This document shows, piece after piece, positions 1 to 8,075 of a stretch of 32,000 bases of DNA. Origin of the DNA: Promethearchaeota archaeon (lineage in GTDB: Archaea > Asgardarchaeota > Odinarchaeia > Odinarchaeales > JBHLKK01); NCBI GenBank assembly GCA_048939465.1, contig JBHLPL010000001.1, forward strand, positions 30,001 to 62,000, written 5' to 3'. Each line of letters begins with the position of its first letter. Within the stretch, counting starts at the first letter, position 1. The position numbers and the translations under genes are program-made. The notes below the pieces were generated by a model. That model searched no databases. It saw only the letters and a list, made by a program, of their open reading frames with translations, and was not told where the DNA came from.

Positions 1-39
1 ATATGCTCAGAACCATTCCTAATGGCTTTTGTTTCATAA

Positions 40-516
40 TTAAAGACTTCTGAGCTTCCTTACAGCTTCTGTAACTGCTTTATCTGGCGTTGGGGCCCTC
101 GAAGCATTATGTATCATTCTTTGATATGATTCAAACCGTTCTTCCGTAATACCGAATTTGCCGCAGATCTCGCTGACCAAGTCCCCTCGTTTTGTTGCTG
201 AGCTTTTGTTTATAGCAAGCGTGATATCCAGAATTGTAGGAAGAAGCTTTGTTTCAGATTTGGGATCCCCAAAGCACGATTTCACGGCGTCATACAATTC
301 TGGGCTGGTAACCGTTGCGGTGGTTAAAAAGGAGCTTCGCGTCTCTGTTAATGTCGGTATTACCGTCAAAACCAGAGATTTGGAGGAATTACTTATTCTA
401 ATACCGCCACCTTCCTCCAATTTTCTAATAGTAATGTCGACTTTACTCTTAAGACAATCCAGGCTTTTTCTCACTACTTCATCCGAACTTATCTCATATT
501 CCAGTCTTCTTTTCAT
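40..516 (-). CDS. Hypothetical protein, 158 aa (MKRRLEYEISS...)
   Basis: The ORF track gives 40..765, but GGGGTGA-ATCTA-ATG puts the start at 516. The longer version would overlap the divergent promoter and the PLD gene. No recognisable family motif. Confidence 0.7.
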   Translation of the reverse strand: MKRRLEYEISSDEVVRKSLDCLKSKVDITIRKLEEGGGIRISNSSKSLVLTVIPTLTETRSSFLTTATVTSPELYDAVKSCFGDPKSETKLLPTILDITLAINKSSATKRGDLVSEICGKFGITEERFESYQRMIHNASRAPTPDKAVTEAVRKLRSL

Positions 517-572
517 TAGATTCACCCCAAGAGGCACTTTCGGCAACAGGTTCCTATTTGATAGATACCTAT

Positions 573-590
573 TTAAGAGAATTCTCTTAA
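573..590. promoter_or_regulatory. Perfect 18-bp palindrome in a divergent promoter (shared TATA region or transcription factor site)
   Basis: TTAAGAGAATTCTCTTAA is its own reverse complement and lies in the 101-bp gap between the divergent starts at 516(-) and 618(+). Confidence 0.55.
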
Positions 591-617
591 CATAGCTAAA
601 AACATACGGTGATATTA

Positions 618-1958
618 ATGAAAAGAAGATTGGTTGTATTAGCGTTGATTGCGGCGTTATGTCTTTCGATGTACACCTTTGCATTCTCACAAGAAGGTTA
701 TGTAGATAATCAAAGACTCTTGGCGGCACCCGCGTTTGCACCAGAGATTTCAAGCTTTCCATCAACTAAATTCACTGGAACAATGAATGTTACAGCTTAC
801 ACATCGCCCGATTCAAGTTATGATCTGACCCTAGAATACCTACGGAGTGCCGAATTCGAGATCGACATCGAGATTTATTCAATAAGTAACGGTTTCCTTG
901 TAAAAGAACTAAATGATGCGCTGGCCAGAAACCATACTATGGAGATGAACGTCATAATCTCTGAGGGACACGCTTCGGGAGCCGAGACTCACTGGAGCCG
1001 AGCGACCATGTACAACCTGTCCCAAGCCAAAATAAGCATTCCAGCACCCAATCTCGATATTTTCGAATCAAATGGAACTGAATTCACCTTTACTCACGCC
1101 AAGTTCATAATCATAGATCGCGAAGTTGTTTTAGTTCAAAGCTGCAACTGGGCCAAGACCGGCGTTCCGCCTGATCCAAGCAGCGGCCATAGAGAATGGG
1201 GTGTTGCCATAAAGGACCAAGATGTAGTTGATTATTTCCTTGATGTGTTTACTAACGATATGCTCATCGCAACACCGTATACACCTAACATAGCTCATCA
1301 AGACAATTTCGGTTCTTCAATTGATACTGGCCCGTATCCCCACCCATTCTCCTCTCAAACATTCGTAGAATCCATGAGTATTCAGCCAGTTGTATCCCCT
1401 GATAATTCGAACGCCACTATCGGACAACTCCTAAGATCCGCTAATTCTACCCTGTACGTTCAACAAATGTATATCAAACGTTATTGGGACAGTGGAGATG
1501 ACTACTTCCTTGAGGAATTAATAGCCGCAGCGGGAAGAGATGTAACTGTCAAGGTAATCATAGATGGTGAAAGCAGTGGAATGACTGAAGTTGCCAACTA
1601 TCTGATTGATAATGGCGTTGCAGTAGCTTTCGATAATGATACCTATTTCGATGAGCCGCTATGGACCCACAATAAGGGCGTAATCGTGGATGGAAAAGTC
1701 GTTCTCGTCTCAAGTATCAATTGGTCCCATGAGTCAGTTAATGAAAACAGAGAGACTGGTGTATTAATATACAGTCAGAACATTGCTAGCTACTTCACTC
1801 AGGTCTTCCAATGGGACTGGGATGCTGCTGAATACCTCGGCGGTGGAAACGGCGGCGATGGTAACGGGTTGCAGATCCCAATTGAGTATTTGGCAATCGG
1901 TGGTGTAGTTGGAGTAATCATAATAGCAGTGCTGGCACTTCTTACCAAGAAGAAATGA
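618..1958 (+). CDS. Secreted, membrane-anchored phospholipase D superfamily protein (two HKD motifs)
   Basis: HAKFIIID and HNKGVIVD are HxKxxxxD motifs with downstream S.NW. N-terminal signal-like segment MKRRLVVLALIAALCL, and C-terminal Gly linker + TM + KKK. SD GGTGA-TATTA-ATG at 618. Confidence 0.9.
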   Translation: MKRRLVVLALIAALCLSMYTFAFSQEGYVDNQRLLAAPAFAPEISSFPSTKFTGTMNVTAYTSPDSSYDLTLEYLRSAEFEIDIEIYSISNGFLVKELNDALARNHTMEMNVIISEGHASGAETHWSRATMYNLSQAKISIPAPNLDIFESNGTEFTFTHAKFIIIDREVVLVQSCNWAKTGVPPDPSSGHREWGVAIKDQDVVDYFLDVFTNDMLIATPYTPNIAHQDNFGSSIDTGPYPHPFSSQTFVESMSIQPVVSPDNSNATIGQLLRSANSTLYVQQMYIKRYWDSGDDYFLEELIAAAGRDVTVKVIIDGESSGMTEVANYLIDNGVAVAFDNDTYFDEPLWTHNKGVIVDGKVVLVSSINWSHESVNENRETGVLIYSQNIASYFTQVFQWDWDAAEYLGGGNGGDGNGLQIPIEYLAIGGVVGVIIIAVLALLTKKK

Positions 1959-2141
1959 AGAACTCACTATAAGACCTTTCACCTTTTTCTATTCTCAACA
2001 CTCCTGGATAAATCCATCACAATAAGGGGGGCCTTTTGCCGATAGAGTTAAAAGAATCTGCTCATCTGTCTTGTTGGGTAATTCACAGGCGTTTCAAATG
2101 ACATATCTTTTTGGAGATATTGCTGTGTAGCGTGATTTCAG

Positions 2142-3725
2142 ATGAGAAAGATTATTGAAATCAACGCCCTCAAGAAAGATTTTAAAAAGGTAGACTTACG
2201 TTTCGCTCTAGTCTATCCGAATCACTATCGTGCAGGGATGAGTAGCCTTGCTGTCCACCTTATTTATGAATTGATAAACGATCGAGAAGACAGTTTGTGT
2301 GAACGTATTTTCATGTCTACTCGTCCGCTATCTGTTGAATCAAGACAACCATTGTCAAGGTTTGATGTCGTGGGTTTTTCTCTTCAATATGAGACTGACT
2401 ATCTAAATGTCCTAAAGATTTTGAAAGCTTCTGACATACCGTTACGCTCAGCCGATCGAACAAGAAGTAACCCTCTGGTAATCGCGGGAGGTCCTTGCGT
2501 ATCTGAGAATCCAGAACCAATTGCTCATTTCGTTGATGTATTTGTGGTTGGAGAGCTTGAGCCGATTTTCAATGACCTAATGACAACACTTGTTCAAACT
2601 GAGCCTAAATCGAATTTGGAGGAACTTGCAGAAATCAAAGGAATATATGTTCCTTCTCTAAATCCAGAATGTGTTGAACGAGTCTGGGCAAAGGACTTGG
2701 ATTCAACCTACCATTCGATACGACAAATAATCCCTCAGGTTGAAAAAGATGATGAGTATTCCCCTGCGTTTGGCAAAGCTCTATTGGTGGAAGCATCGAG
2801 GGGATGCTGCCATCGGTGTCGTTTCTGTCTGATAGGCTACCAGTGCAACCCCTACCGGGAACGCAACTTGAGTCAACTGGCGGCGATTATTGAAGACGGT
2901 ATCAGAAGCACTGGCGTGAGAAAAATCGCATTAATAGGTCCTGCAATATCGGACTATACTCGGCTTGAAGATTTATGTTGGCAGATAGTAAACTCTGGAT
3001 TGGAGCTATCAATTCCGTCTCTAAGGGCAGATCATGTCACCGAAAATATGATACAAGCCCTTGTTAACGGCGGCCAGAAAACAATTGCCCTTGCTCCTGA
3101 GGTAGCTTCTACTGCTCTTGCGGAAAGCATCAATAAGGGAATTACTAAAGATCATGTGCTCGATTCAGCTCAAACAGCACTAGCCAGCGGAATCAAGAAT
3201 CTGAAACTCTACTTCATTATTGGCCTCCCGTCAGAAACCGACGACGATGCTCTCCAGATAGCGTATCTTTCAAAGGAAGTCGCAGATTTAGGATTCACCA
3301 AACATTCTGTACGACTTAGCGTAAATCCATTCATACCGAAGCCCCACACCCCCTTCCAATGGTTTGCGCAGCCACCATTGGATATCCTCAGAAAGAGACT
3401 AAGAATCGTCAAGACTCAACTCAAGCATGATTCGAGAATTGAGGTTGAAAACCTTGATCTTAAATGGGGGAGAATACAGACTGCCCTCTCACTTGGTGAC
3501 CGCCGGCTCGGAAACGTTCTAGAATCTGCAGCCATGCTCAACGGCGGACTGGGTGATTGGAGACGCGCCTTTAGACTACATGGCCTGAGAATAGAAGATT
3601 ACGTCAATAAGCCCAGATCAGTCGATGACAGACTACCATGGAATTTCATCAAAGTTGCGGACTCTAATCTTCTTTTAAGGGAATATCGAAAGGCGCTCAA
3701 TTATGTGGCCCGGTCTCCGAAATGA
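2142..3725 (+). CDS. Radical SAM protein with B12-binding-like N-terminal domain (uncharacterised family)
   Basis: CxxxCxxC in SRGCCHRCRFC. N-terminal YPNHYRAGMSSLA and IAGGPC segments, YFIIGLPSET, FIPKPHTPFQW. Confidence 0.88.
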   Translation: MRKIIEINALKKDFKKVDLRFALVYPNHYRAGMSSLAVHLIYELINDREDSLCERIFMSTRPLSVESRQPLSRFDVVGFSLQYETDYLNVLKILKASDIPLRSADRTRSNPLVIAGGPCVSENPEPIAHFVDVFVVGELEPIFNDLMTTLVQTEPKSNLEELAEIKGIYVPSLNPECVERVWAKDLDSTYHSIRQIIPQVEKDDEYSPAFGKALLVEASRGCCHRCRFCLIGYQCNPYRERNLSQLAAIIEDGIRSTGVRKIALIGPAISDYTRLEDLCWQIVNSGLELSIPSLRADHVTENMIQALVNGGQKTIALAPEVASTALAESINKGITKDHVLDSAQTALASGIKNLKLYFIIGLPSETDDDALQIAYLSKEVADLGFTKHSVRLSVNPFIPKPHTPFQWFAQPPLDILRKRLRIVKTQLKHDSRIEVENLDLKWGRIQTALSLGDRRLGNVLESAAMLNGGLGDWRRAFRLHGLRIEDYVNKPRSVDDRLPWNFIKVADSNLLLREYRKALNYVARSPK

Positions 3726-3826
3726 GAATTCTATCGTTGTCTGTTTTTCTATTTGGTCAGTGATTCCGATGCCTTTATTTATGGCCGTTTCGGTTAGTGA
3801 CATAGGAAACCGAGGTGGGTGAGCGC

Positions 3827-4177
3827 ATGGCTCTCAATCGGAGGGACATGAAAAAACACTTCCCTAAACTTGCGGAAGAGATCGAAAGCAGCAAGACCAG
3901 AAAGGTCGAAGTAGGAGGAGTCCGTTGGTCAGAAACAGATTACTATGAGGAACTTACTAATCCTGATGTTATTAGCTTTTTGAGACGTTGTGATACCGAG
4001 AAACAAGGACAAGAGATAATAGACTACCTGGAGAATAGGGAAGAGATCACCCCCGAGTATGCTGACATCCTTCGACATCAATTGCAGACAAGAGGCGTTC
4101 GTTCCTTTGGCCCAAAAAAAACATGGGGCTACTTCGAGAAGGTGTACAGAAAGAAAGCAAAGCCTAAGAAGAAGTAG
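3827..4177 (+). CDS. DUF2095-like conserved archaeal protein
   Basis: KKHFPKLAEE...PDVISFLRRCDTE...IIDYLENREEIT...GVRSFGPKKTWGY matches my recollection of this family. SD GAGGTG upstream of ATG 3827. Confidence 0.8.
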   Translation: MALNRRDMKKHFPKLAEEIESSKTRKVEVGGVRWSETDYYEELTNPDVISFLRRCDTEKQGQEIIDYLENREEITPEYADILRHQLQTRGVRSFGPKKTWGYFEKVYRKKAKPKKK

Positions 4178-4294
4178 CGAGTTGAGAATCGCCGAAAAAG
4201 ACCAGCAGGCAATGCCTAAAGTATCCTACATTACCTTTTTTTGGTTTGTTACTACATCTAATATCAGGCCATTCAGATTTTCGAGGTGATATTA

Positions 4295-4621
4295 ATGTGT
4301 GAATTCTCCGTTAAACTAGAAAAGAATGGAAATACTATGGTCATTGCAAAGGATATCGTAAGGGTGAGAATTTCTGATACAAAATGCGTTTTTCAGGACA
4401 TCTTGAGGTCGAGCCAAGAGACTTCGCCGTATCTTATTGCGAAAGTTGATGTTCCTAACGAAGAGCTGATAGTTCGTGAGATTCCCATGCTCGGTCTATT
4501 GCTAAAGTTTGCTGATGAGTACGAGAAAGCTGAGTCAAGCGGAGAGCTGGCAAATCTAGAAAGAACGTGGACAAAAATCAAAAAATCGGGAGACGAATTG
4601 GTGAGCCAGCTGGCGAAGTAA
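4295..4621 (+). CDS. CooT-like nickel-binding small protein with C-terminal helical extension
   Basis: Starts MCEF (Cys2 as in CooT), followed by a beta-rich pattern (KDIVRVRI...FQDILR...AKVDVPNEELIV). SD GAGGTGA-TATTA-ATG. Confidence 0.6.
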   Translation: MCEFSVKLEKNGNTMVIAKDIVRVRISDTKCVFQDILRSSQETSPYLIAKVDVPNEELIVREIPMLGLLLKFADEYEKAESSGELANLERTWTKIKKSGDELVSQLAK

Positions 4622-5201
4622 TCCTCTCCTTGAAGCTCAGGGATCGTTCATTCTCGTGCTTCTTCCTAAGAAATCCTTAGATTTGCTTTTTCTTGAGTAA
4701 AATCCATTTTCAATTTTCGATGAGCGAAGAGCAAAAAAAGACATGAGGAGAAGATTGGCTTTAAATCGGGCACTTGAACTCTGGCATTTTCTGGCCAGAC
4801 TGATATTATATGATTCTTGAACCAAGATTTCAAAGGTTTTTGCTATCGATCAGAGCCTTACAATCTTACGGGGTGAATATGATCCACTCAGCTTTTCTGT
4901 GGTTATTGAAGCTCATGATACTCAGAGTGGACAACTTCGGGAATCGTGATTCCATGAGAAGCAATGTGTATGGAGGTCATGTTTTACCCGCGGGCATTAC
5001 TAATAGCGCGTTCGATGCAGACACTGCCCGTTAGTTCACCAACCTACTCCAAATTAGAATAGACGCAAATTGGATTTAAACCTTTCCATACGCTATGAAT
5101 TATCTTCCGTATGACCAGGAGAACTTGTTGCTTACAATGTATCCTTCTGGGTAAAACATTTTAAGTCTTGGAAGTAAATGCAGGATGGGAGGAAATCTGG
5201 A

Positions 5202-6146
5202 ATGAAGTACTCTATTATAGTTCACGGCGGCGCCGGTACCGTTACACCGGAGAGATCGGAAGAAGCAAAAAAAGGCGTGCTTGCGGCCCTCCAGAAAGCA
5301 TCCTCATTACTTGCAGAGGGTAGAGACGCTGTGACCGCAGTAGAAGAATCAGTAAAGATGATGGAAGACAATCCAAACTTCAATGCCGGGAAAGGATCCA
5401 CACTAACGATTGACGGCAGGGTTCAAATGGGAGCCTGTATAATGGATGGAAAAACGTTGGATGTGGGTGCTGTCGCGCTGGTTTCAAATGTACGTTATCC
5501 TATCTCATTGGCCCGGATCGTCATGAGAGAAACCGATCACGTATTGATCACAGGCGACTTTGCTGAGCATTTAGCCAAGAAATTCGAGTTGGAAACTAGC
5601 GATCCTTTGACAAATAAGAGTGTAGAACGATGGAAACAACTACGCGAGAAGTTTATGAAAGGGGAACTCAGCTATCTGAAAAAGAATCCGAAGTTGATGA
5701 AGATGTTCCCGCGTCTGGTACAGCTTGGGACAGTGGGGGCGGTTGCGATAGATAACGATGGTAATCTGGCTGCAGCCACATCAACTGGCGGTATTCCCCT
5801 AAAATTACCCAATCGGATAGGGGACACCCCCCAAGTTGGGTGCGGAACTTACGCTGACAACGCATCAGGAGCGGTTTCAGCCACAGGTGTGGGAGAAGTT
5901 ATAGCCCGAGTATGTTTGGCAAAAACCGTATGCACCTTCATTGAAACTGGCGAATCCGCCCAAATGGCAGCCGGCAAGGCCATAGGGGTATTGACTTCGA
6001 GGCTAGGAGGGGAGACTGCAGGATGCATAGTCGTGGACAAGGACGGGCGCACCGGTATTTATCATAATACCAAGAATCTTGTCTGGGCAAGATTGACACA
6101 TAAAATGAAAAAGCCAGAAGTTGGGACTGAATATTCATCGGTGTGA
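5202..6146 (+). CDS. iaaA: Isoaspartyl peptidase / L-asparaginase (Ntn hydrolase)
   Basis: IIVHGGAG, FNAGKGS, nucleophile GTVGAVA, AATSTGG, RIGDTPQVGCGTYAD, ATGVGE. Confidence 0.93.
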   Translation: MKYSIIVHGGAGTVTPERSEEAKKGVLAALQKASSLLAEGRDAVTAVEESVKMMEDNPNFNAGKGSTLTIDGRVQMGACIMDGKTLDVGAVALVSNVRYPISLARIVMRETDHVLITGDFAEHLAKKFELETSDPLTNKSVERWKQLREKFMKGELSYLKKNPKLMKMFPRLVQLGTVGAVAIDNDGNLAAATSTGGIPLKLPNRIGDTPQVGCGTYADNASGAVSATGVGEVIARVCLAKTVCTFIETGESAQMAAGKAIGVLTSRLGGETAGCIVVDKDGRTGIYHNTKNLVWARLTHKMKKPEVGTEYSSV

Positions 6147-6156
6147 GGGAGAATCT

Positions 6157-7953
6157 GTGCCACGGATAGCAGTAATAAACATAGACAAATGCAAGCCCAA
6201 AGACTGCGGGAAACCATGTATGACCTTCTGCCCCGGAGTAAGGATGGGAGAGGAAACAGTGACCTTCCCCGACCCTGCGAAACATCCAATAATATCCGAG
6301 AGTCTATGCACCGGATGTGGAATCTGTATAAAGAAATGTCCTTACGGCGCTATAAAAATAGTTAATACTCCAGAGCAATTGGAAGGCGAGGCCAGCCATA
6401 GGTACGGAGCTAATGCGTTTGTCTTATACAGACTGCCTGTTCCGAAAATCGGAAAGGTGACCGGAATAGTAGGTCAAAATGGTGCGGGAAAGACTACTAC
6501 CCTAAGAATACTGGCGGGAGAGATAAAACCGAATCTAGGGCACTATGATGATCCCCCCTCTTGGAATGAAATCGTCACTTTCTACAGGGGATCTGAACTC
6601 CAGCTCTATTTCGAAAGAATTGCAAATAATGAAATCAGAGTAAGCTATAAACCTCAGTATATAACCGACCTGCCTCAAGTTACAAAAGGCGTAGTTGGTG
6701 ACCTTCTGGAAAAAACCGACCAGCGAGAAGTTATGGAGGATCTGAAAAGACAGTTAGACTTGGAGAGCGTATGGGATCATGAGCTTCCAAAACTGTCTGG
6801 TGGTGAATTACAGCGGGTGGCGATAGCGGCAGCCTCCGCTAAGGATGCTGATGCATACCTATTTGATGAACCAACAAGCTACCTTGATATATTCCAGAGA
6901 ACCAAGATTGCCAAAGTCATACGCGCGCTTGCAGGAGAAAACAAGACTGTAATAGTAGTGGAGCACGATCTGGCTATTAACGACTATGTTAGTGACTACA
7001 CTAGCGTAATCTTCGGAGAACCTGGTGTCTATGGCATAGTCTCCCATCCTTATGGAGTGCGAGAGGGGATAAATGCTTTCCTTAATGGATACCTAGTGGA
7101 TGAAAACATTCGCTTCAGAGATCGGAGTATCACATTTCCTTTACATCCACCAACACCGAAAACTGCACTTATAGAGACACCGTTAGTATTAGAATTTGGA
7201 GCCATGAAAAAGAAGCTGAATGGCTTTAAGCTTGCAATTGGCGGGGGAGTAATTCATCAAGGAGAAATCATCGGTGTTTTGGGACCAAACGGAATAGGAA
7301 AAACAACATTTGTAAAAATCCTTGCTGGGCTTCTCGAAATTGACAAAGGCGAACCTCCCAAAGTGGAACTAACTGTTTCCTACAAACCTCAGTATATAAG
7401 CGCAGAATATGACGGTACTGTTAGAGAGTATCTAAATGAAGCTTCGGGGAGAAAGATCTCCACGAGTATCTACAAAACCGAGATAATCGGCCCACTTGGA
7501 CTGAAAGAACTGCTTGATAGGCGAGTAGACAGTCTTAGCGGCGGAGAACTTCAAGCGGTTACCATAGCTGGCTCACTGTCTAGAAAAACTGATCTCCTGC
7601 TCATAGACGAACCAAGCGCTTTTCTAGATGTGGAGCAAAGACTTGCTTCTGCAAAGACAATAAAGCGAACAGTTGAGAGATATAAAAACGCCGCATTTGT
7701 TGTTGAGCATGACGTGGTTTACATCGATACCGTGGCTGATCACCTGATGGTTTTCGAGGGTGTGCCAAGCCTAGCAGGTCAAGTTGGTCCGCCGGTTAAT
7801 ATGCGTAGCGGCATGAACAAGTTTCTAAAGACAGTTGGCATTACCCTAAGAAGAGATGCGCGTACGGGGAGACCAAGGGTTAACAAGTCAGGTTCACGCC
7901 TCGACCAGGAGCAGAAGGCATCTGGAGAGTATTACTACGCACCGGCGAAGTAG
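6157..7953 (+). CDS. rli: Ribosome recycling ATPase ABCE1/RLI
   Basis: N-terminal Fe-S cysteines (CKPKDCGKPCMTFCP, CTGCGICIKKCP), two Walker A motifs (GQNGAGKTT, GPNGIGKTT), LSGGELQ signatures, DEP and VEHD motifs. GTG start after GAGGGAGA. Confidence 0.97.
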   Translation: MPRIAVINIDKCKPKDCGKPCMTFCPGVRMGEETVTFPDPAKHPIISESLCTGCGICIKKCPYGAIKIVNTPEQLEGEASHRYGANAFVLYRLPVPKIGKVTGIVGQNGAGKTTTLRILAGEIKPNLGHYDDPPSWNEIVTFYRGSELQLYFERIANNEIRVSYKPQYITDLPQVTKGVVGDLLEKTDQREVMEDLKRQLDLESVWDHELPKLSGGELQRVAIAAASAKDADAYLFDEPTSYLDIFQRTKIAKVIRALAGENKTVIVVEHDLAINDYVSDYTSVIFGEPGVYGIVSHPYGVREGINAFLNGYLVDENIRFRDRSITFPLHPPTPKTALIETPLVLEFGAMKKKLNGFKLAIGGGVIHQGEIIGVLGPNGIGKTTFVKILAGLLEIDKGEPPKVELTVSYKPQYISAEYDGTVREYLNEASGRKISTSIYKTEIIGPLGLKELLDRRVDSLSGGELQAVTIAGSLSRKTDLLLIDEPSAFLDVEQRLASAKTIKRTVERYKNAAFVVEHDVVYIDTVADHLMVFEGVPSLAGQVGPPVNMRSGMNKFLKTVGITLRRDARTGRPRVNKSGSRLDQEQKASGEYYYAPAK

Positions 7954-8075
7954 TTTTGTTCTTGATTTTTTACGCCTTCAGAAAAGCTTTTATACTCTTG
8001 CATTAATCGAGTTTCTGCGAGTTAGAACTGGTTTTGTCATGCTCGCACTGATCATAAGAGGTCAAGAATAGAGGG

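Noticed and set aside
517-765. N-terminal extension of ORF 40..765
   Set aside because: It runs across the divergent promoter and antisense into the PLD gene. The SD-supported start is 516.
4720-4820. MSEEQKK mini-ORF with in-frame A AAA AAG slippery heptamer (4734-4740)
   Set aside because: A -1 shift would give only about 33 aa with no recognisable motif, there is no SD and no clear stimulatory structure. A-runs are common here.
4637-5034. Track ORFs 4637..4825(-) and 4810..5034(+), and possible TGA (selenocysteine) read-through frames
   Set aside because: No properly spaced SD, no recognisable selenoprotein motif or SECIS-like element, and several stops in each extended frame.
7982-7991. 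10-bp palindrome AAAAGCTTTT upstream of acs
   Set aside because: Explained by adjacent BRE (GAAAAG) and TATA (TTTTATA) composition.
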